Below, piece after piece: positions 47,775-54,636 of a DNA stretch of 54,636 bases (the first letter of the stretch is position 1; every line of letters begins with the position of its first letter). Position numbers and translations under genes: made by a program. The notes beneath the pieces were generated by a model that was not told where the DNA came from, did not search any database, and was given only the letters and a program-made list of their open reading frames with translations. Origin of the DNA: Octopus bimaculoides (taxonomy: Eukaryota); NCBI RefSeq assembly GCF_001194135.2, contig NC_069005.1, forward strand, positions 14,049,179 through 14,103,814. Reading direction: 5' to 3'.

Positions 47775-49324
47775 GGCACAAGGCACAGATGTGGCTGTGT
47801 GGCTTCCTTCCCAATCAAGTTTCAGGTTCAGTCTCACTGTACAGCGCTTGGGCAAATATCTACTATTATAGCCCTACTGGCCTGACCAAATCCCTATGAA
47901 TGGATTTGGAAGAGAGGACCTGAAAGCTCATTGTTTGTGTGTGTGTATATATGTGTGTGTGTGTGTGTGTGTGTTTGCAAGATATTTGTAAATGAGTCTC
48001 ACTGTCATAAGCAGTGTTTTTCATTTCCAGTATTGTGTGGAAATGTCTGGCCATGAGAAAGTATTACCTTGCTTGGAAACAGGGTTGGTGATACAAAGGG
48101 CATCCAGCTGTAGACACTCTACCTCAAATACATTTCATTCAACCCATGTAAACATGGAAAAATGAATATAAAATGTTTGTTCCCCTCACCCTACTGCTTG
48201 CCAGCCCTGCTGGTTTGTCTACATCCCTCTAAGTGGTTCAGCAAAAAGAGGCTGATAAAATAAGTCCCAGGCTTTAAAAAAAATTAAATACTGGGGTCAA
48301 TTTGTTTAAATGAAACATTGAAGGCAGCACCCCAGCATGTCTGCAGTCCAATGAAACCAGTAAAAGACAAAATATATCACACACACACACCCATGGACTG
48401 CTGTATGAATAACTTTGGGTTCAGTCCCCTTGCATGGCACTTTTGGCATGTGTCTTCTATAGCCCTGGGCTAATCATAGTCTTGTAAATGAATTTAGTAG
48501 ATGGAAATTGAAAGAAGCCTTTTGTATATGTATGTGTGTGTGTATTACTGTCTCCTTGCTTTGACTTTGCATGAATGTTTGTAAGTGTAGATGTAAGTGA
48601 ATGTTTTTGTCATGCCAGCAGTGTCCTTTGTTTACAATCTTCCATGAAAATAAGTCTTGTTATGGGGGAAATATTACCTTATAGAATATGTGAGGGTTGG
48701 TGACAGGAAGGGCATCCTAGAAAATTTTCCATGACAAATTCTAACACTTGAGAGTATGGAGAAGTGGCCATTGGGTTCGAATGTACAAAAGATAAAGACA
48801 GGTGAGGGAACAACAAACCAGTGGTAGTAGTTTGACACTCAGGGAAAATGGGAAAAATCTTTGACAGAAAGGAACATGGAAAGAAAATGGAGAGAGAGAG
48901 AAAAAAAAAAACAGGTGTTAGGTTTAATGGTTCAACATGTCGACAATATGTATCATCTTGAAATCTTGAAGAGGTTCAAGCTTGCTGATGGATGCAACAG
49001 AAATGTCTTGGGGATGACTGTAGAAAGGTTTATTAACATTTGTAGTACCTACTGTAACTGATAAATTTTTCCTATGTTATTAATAATAATGAATAAAATG
49101 GGGGAAAACAAGGTGGTGGTGGTGCTTGTTTTCTAGTTATTGATAAATTTTGTGAGACATCAATTATTATTGTACTTGTAGCTCTGGTACGGTGATACCA
49201 GATAATGCTGATGGATATGCGGCTGTTTTTATTTTGCTAATCTATTCTCTTACCATATCAGCTATTTCAATTTTCTTTTTTTTTTTGGAGACAAATAAAC
49301 CACCACCCAGACAGAAAGAAAGAC

Positions 49325-49384
<60 letters not shown>

Positions 49385-50155
49385 NNNNNNNNNNNNNNNN
49401 NNNNNNNNNNNNNNNNNNNNNNNNNNNNNNNNNNNNNNNNNNNNNNNNNNNNNNNNNNNNNNNNNNNNNNNNNNNNNNNNNNNNNNNNNNNNNNNNNNNN
49501 NNNNNNNNNNNNNNNNNNNNNNNNNNNNNNNNNNNNNNNNNNNNNNNNNNNNNNNNNNNNNNNNNNNNNNNNNNNNNNNNNNNNNNNNNNNNNNNNNNNN
49601 NNNNNNNNNNNNNNNNNNNNNNNNNNNNNNNNNNNNNNNNNNNNNNNNNNNNNNNNNNNNNNNNNNNNNNNNNNNNNNNNNNNNNNNNNNNNNNNNNNNN
49701 NNNNNNNNNNNNNNNNNNNNNNNNNNNNNNNNNNNNNNNNNNNNNNNNNNNNNNNNNNNNNNNNNNNNNNNNNNNNNNNNNNNNNNNNNNNNNNNNNNNN
49801 NNNNNNNNNNNNNNNNNNNNNNNNNNNNNNNNNNNNNNNNNNNNNNNNNNNNNNNNNNNNNNNNNNNNNNNNNNNNNNNNNNNNNNNNNNNNNNNNNNNN
49901 NNNNNNNNNNNNNNNNNNNNNNNNNNNNNNNNNNNNNNNNNNNNNNNNNNNNNNNNNNNNNNNNNNNNNNNNNNNNNNNNNNNNNNNNNNNNNNNNNNNN
50001 NNNNNNNNNNNNNNNNNNNNNNNNNNNNNNNNNNNNNNNNNNNNNNNNNNNNNNNNNNNNNNNNNNNNNNNNNNNNNNNNNNNNNNNNNNNNNNNNNNNN
50101 NNNNNNNNNNNNNNNNNNNNNNNNNNNNNNNNNNNNNNNNNNNNNNNNNNNNNNN

Positions 50156-50196
<41 letters not shown>

Positions 50197-50479
50197 TTGT
50201 CTGACTGTGTGTGTGTGTATGAACACAATAAAAATTGCCATGTTTGACTCCCAGTTTTAAGCATGAAATAATTGGCTAATTAATTTGGTTTTATCTTCGG
50301 ATTATGTAGCACTCAGTAGGTTTGTGGGCAACTGACTAATCTACATATCTCTCTCATCTTAATTGTTTTAAGCCTGCTCCCAAATTTCTCAGGATATGAA
50401 ATCCAACTTACTCTCTCAATATTGTTGCTTTCATTGTCATTAGGAAAATTATTTAATCTTTTGTGGCTTATTTGGTGTA

Positions 50480-50692
50480 CACAGGTACAACCAGCCTTAG
50501 ACAGCCCCTGGCTCTGTGGTACAAACATCTTATTTTCAAGAGTCCTAAATTAAAATCTCCATCAGAACTTAAGTATTATTTATGATCCAAGCACCAATTA
50601 ATAATGACAAAAGTTACTTTACTAAATTCTTCATTTTCAAAATTAATCAAAGACACAGCATCTCAACAGAAATAAGGTAACATAAGGGTTAA
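50480..50692. mobile_element. piggyBac-type MITE family F2
   Basis: Ends ..ggtaacataagggttaa; internal similarity to the outer element at 52401-53063. Confidence 0.6.
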
Positions 50693-52400
50693 ATATATTT
50701 CAGTATATCTCATGCTAATGGGACAGAGTTTTTCTTTTATTGGTTATTATGCATGGATCAAGATTGCTGTAATTACTTATATCAGAAAGCATGGTGGGCT
50801 GTCAGTGTTAAGGGTTAGGGTTCCAAGCCCACAAACTGTGATTGATAAGGTTAGGTCACCACTCTTAAAAGTCTGCTTTCCTCAGTCAGTTATATAATGC
50901 TGGTAGTTTCCAAGGGCTTATATTAATAGAAGTAGGGTAGTGAGTGGTAAACGTTAAACTGATCCTTCTCTCTCCCCACCAAAAAGCGTGTACTTATTCA
51001 AAGTTGAGGCATCTTTCTGTTGCTACGTTGAACATGTGCATTTAAGAAGTTGTTTTCCTGACCACATAGTTTCAGTTCCATTGCATGGTACCTTGGGGAA
51101 GTGCCCCAGTATGACTGCAGTCCAGTAAAATACAACAGATTAGAAAGTTTTATCTGTATATATGTTTGTGTGTGTATGTGTATAAATGATTTAGAAATAA
51201 GGACTGTCATGATGAATGGAAAATTTAGTTGGCTGTAAGTTGATGAATTACATTTTGTTGCTAAAAATTTTTATCTGAATTTTTGAGATAAGGAATTATT
51301 ATACTCTAATTTGAGCGAGTGTCCTCATTTTGGTTGTTATAGTTACAGTGTTTAGACTGCTGTGCTGTATGGGACAATAGGATAATGAATATATGTTAAA
51401 TTGTAGTAGGTTAAACTAGTTACTGGGTGTGAGTTCCATCTCTGGGCATGTCATCATTTTAACATTCACTTTTCTATGCTTGCATGGTGTGATGGAATTT
51501 TCTGAGGCAGATTTTGACTGGTTTCCCCTCTTGTCAACAGCTCTCAACAACTCTCTGTTTCCAAGTAAGCTAATATTTTCCCATAGCTAGGCATGATTTT
51601 CAAGGAAGTCTAGAAACAAACACTTTCACCTGTATGATGACAATACTCATTTACAATTACCACATGATGGCTAGACAAGGGTATATACACACATACATAT
51701 GAATGAATGAGCTGTCAGTTTTTGTCAGCTTGGTCTATAGTAGACACTTGCTCAAGGTCTCACACAAGTCAATACACCCCACCCCACACACGTGTTTTTA
51801 TATATCCTACGAGGGAGATAAAAAATACTCAAGTTGAAGCAGCATCGTAAGTGGCAGAAGAACTGATAAAGAGAATATCTCTGGGATAGACAGTAGACTT
51901 AGAACAATCTCTTGTGGATATAATAAAGGATTTGGTTCCAAATTCTAAGAACATTATCAAATATAGTAGACATGAAAAATGCTAAACATTACAACAGCCA
52001 AAATGATGTAACTATAGTGACTAAGATAAGGACTCTGGTCGAAATAGATTGGTGTAGGACAACTATTATTAGTTCATTCCATTGTTTAACCCTTTAGCTT
52101 TTCAGGTTACTCGGGTGTAATGTTTATTTATTCATGTTGTTTTGAATTAATTGTGCTTTATCTTACAATGTTAAGATTTCAGTTATGTAATTTGTTTATA
52201 TGACATTGTAGGGTAGGTGGGAGGGGCTAGATTTGACCAGATTGAACATAAAATAGAATATTGGGGTTGAATTTAAATGCTAGAAGGTTAGGCTATAGTT
52301 TATGGCTATACTAGAGTACTGATGTTGCTTACTCACATATATACTTTGTACTGTGCTTCTACTTGCTTAGCGAGCTTGCGCATGTTGAGCAGTATGATGC

Positions 52401-53312
52401 TTAACCCTTTTGATACCAATCCACCTGAGACTACCCCTGGTTCCACAATAGAAACTTCCTTTTTTAATCCTTTAGCATTTAAACTGGCCATATCAGGCCC
52501 AAGTATTCTATATGCTTTATGTTCATATAGAGCAGATGTGGTCTCAAACACCTACCCTACAATGTCTTTCTGAAACTGCATCATCGAAATCTGAAAACTA
52601 CAAGATAATGCTTGATTAATTTAAAGCTGTGTGAATAAATTAGCATTACATTTGGTATTGTAATCTGAATGCCAGTGTTAAAGTGATCTGAATTAAAATC
52701 TTGTATCAAAATTTTCTGTTAATTTATGATGTAAACACCAACTTAACCCTTTGCCTGTCCAAAACATTTTCATAAATTTGTACTAAACATCCATGCTTAT
52801 TTTCAAACTTTTAGTTAGCTCTTATTTCATGTGTTATGAGTAATATAAAACTTTCCTTTCACAAGTCCTAAGTCACTCTGGTGGCTGTGGCTGAGAAAAA
52901 TTGGGAATGTGTAACATAAGCAAGGATGCAAGGGAAACATGTCCTGTTTATCACATGTAATACACAGGATAGGGTAATGCTGATAAAAGGTATTTTAACG
53001 AGTTCTTCATTATTTTTGGAATTAATTGAAACAAAGCTGAGATATGGGTAACATAAGAATTAAATTGAGATTTAAGAAAGTAAAATTAAACCCTTTGGCA
53101 TTTAATTTGGCCATATCAAGTTCAAATATTCTACATGTTTTATGTGCAAGCTGGCCAGATCTGACCTCTCACACCTCCACAAAATTCTTCTAAGAATTGA
53201 AAAAATCATATCATTGAAATCTCAAACTCTGAGATAATGCATGATTAATTTAAAACAATGTGAATATATAAGCATCACAGTTGACAGAGTAATCCGAATG
53301 CTAAAGGGTTAA
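52401..53312. mobile_element. Nest of TTAA-type MITEs (F2 containing F1 and F3, followed by another F1)
   Basis: TTAA junctions at 52401, 52464, 52678, 52743 and 53086; gggtaa end at 52977; the outer element's sequence resumes after each insert. Confidence 0.65.
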
Positions 53313-54289
53313 TGATAGTAAAAACAAATTGAGTACAGTATGCAGATAAAGAGTACCTCTGTTATATCCTTATAATAAACCTCCTTACTATTCTTATGTA
53401 TCAAATATTTCTCCTCACTGTTAAATATTTTCTTTCCTCCATGTCCTTTCTCACAAAACTCTAACCACTTCAGATCCTTTTTTAAATGTAGCTCAAAGAA
53501 ATGGAATAGTCTAAAATCTTGTAACCCCTTTACTCTCTCTCTCTCTCTCACACACACACAAACACAGTGTGAAGGTTACTAGGAAACTGTTGTGTCATCT
53601 AGGATTAAAAATTTTTTTTCTCTTTTCCCTTTTCATATTATCAGGTGATAGGTATTTTATAAACCTAAGCCTGAAAAAAGCAAGATAAAAAAGGTTGATC
53701 TGGGGCTACTCATTAACAAGCAATATATCCTTGCATTATTTTTAGTTTTTGTAGCAATCCCTATAGCGCCTCCTCCCCTCTACTCCTTTCCCAATTTAAT
53801 GTAAAGTGCCTAGCATCACATGCTTGCTTACTGAAGCTTGCTTCTAAAGTAGTTGCTGCCCAAATTTGTGGTTGAAATATCTCCTGAGAATGATATCAGA
53901 ATCACTGTCCTATCCCTAAACTGCTCCACATAACCAAAAAACATATTTCATTCCACTAGCTGTCTTATATCTCCTTTATTCTTCCAGGGTTTGAACTATA
54001 CAACATAGACCTACTTTCTACACAGCTTTTTCCTTCTTGCCATGATACTAAACTACATTCTCCATGTGTTATTTTTTCTTTTTCTTTCTTTTCCCCCTTT
54101 TTGTGGTTTGTTCCATTGATATCAACTCCAAAGTCATAAATCTTAATGTGTGGCACCTAATTAATTTCAGTCTTTTTTTTTTATAGATCTTTTTGAAGTT
54201 TTTCATTTTATCCATGTTCTAAGTTTATTATATATGGTTATTACTATCCTTATCCCTGGGCATTGCCAGCTGCATCTTCAAGTACTTAC

Positions 54290-54342
54290 TGGGGTCTGGT
54301 TTGAAAGCACTACTGAAGTACACTATCATGACAATGATTTTT
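54290..54342 (-). CDS. Candidate 53-nt coding exon (KIIVMIVYFSSAFKPDP)
   Basis: Strong acceptor aaatctttcccatacag|A and donor CA|gtaagt; only one of three frames is open. Confidence 0.35.
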
Positions 54343-54577
54343 CTGTATGGGAAAGATTTGGCAATGCAAACACCATTACTATGTTAGGTTCAGAAGTTCA
54401 TTTTGGTTCTTTAAATTTATTTTTTTTGATTGTGTGGTAAGTAGCTTGCTTACCAACCACATGGTCCTAGGTTCAGTCCCATTGCATGGCACCTTGGGCA
54501 AGTGTCTTCTACTATAGCCTCGGGCTGACCAAAGCCTTGTGAGTGGATTTGGTTGACGGAAACTGAAAGAAGCCTGT

Positions 54578-54636
<59 letters not shown>

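Larger units (their letters stand above)
11654..50155. other. Assembly gaps (N runs) at 11654-11790, 19274-19283, 19588-19715, 27354-27967, 31496-32171, 39334-39399 and 49385-50155
   Basis: Directly visible; most abut microsatellites or homopolymers. Confidence 0.99.

Noticed and set aside
27270-50264. Long ORFs of 236-351 aa spanning N runs (27270-28064, 31438-32236, 49192-50264)
   Set aside because: Artefacts of translating assembly gaps.
51810-52000. Protein-like plus frame (EELIKRISLG*TVDLEQSLVDIIKDLV..)
   Set aside because: Interrupted by stops; source cannot be identified.
52333-52551. 72-aa minus-strand ORF (..MRKLAKQVEAQYKVY) with a gtgagt donor
   Set aside because: Two thirds lies in MITE sequence. 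The remaining 70 bp has equally plausible splice readings on both strands, so it cannot be called.

Overview
AT-rich, microsatellite-dense eukaryotic DNA with seven N gaps. The tRNA-derived SINE families and the (TA)n/(CA)n/(AAT)n load look like an octopus genome; this is inferred from repeat pattern recognition, not a database search. None of the supplied ORFs is a credible host gene: most are microsatellite, N-gap or repeat read-through. The only recognisable protein-coding sequence is decayed transposon material: an internally deleted mariner (4186-5047), an RTE-type LINE 3' fragment (15455-16040) and an L1/Tx1-type LINE 3' end (about 41620-42410). Most of the window looks like intronic or intergenic DNA filled with several SINE families and TTAA (piggyBac-type) and other MITEs. 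A CpG-retaining domain at about 12050-20100 looks like an unmethylated promoter region, and several short exon candidates of unidentified genes are scattered on both strands. The most notable observation is a degenerate tandem repeat of about 300 bp (about 5050-6680) in which every unit carries a type I hammerhead ribozyme or a relic of one. This is the architecture of a non-LTR retrozyme (a self-cleaving, circRNA-producing element). Other ribozyme-like relics (Penelope-type hammerheads, RTE 5' UTRs) also occur in the window.
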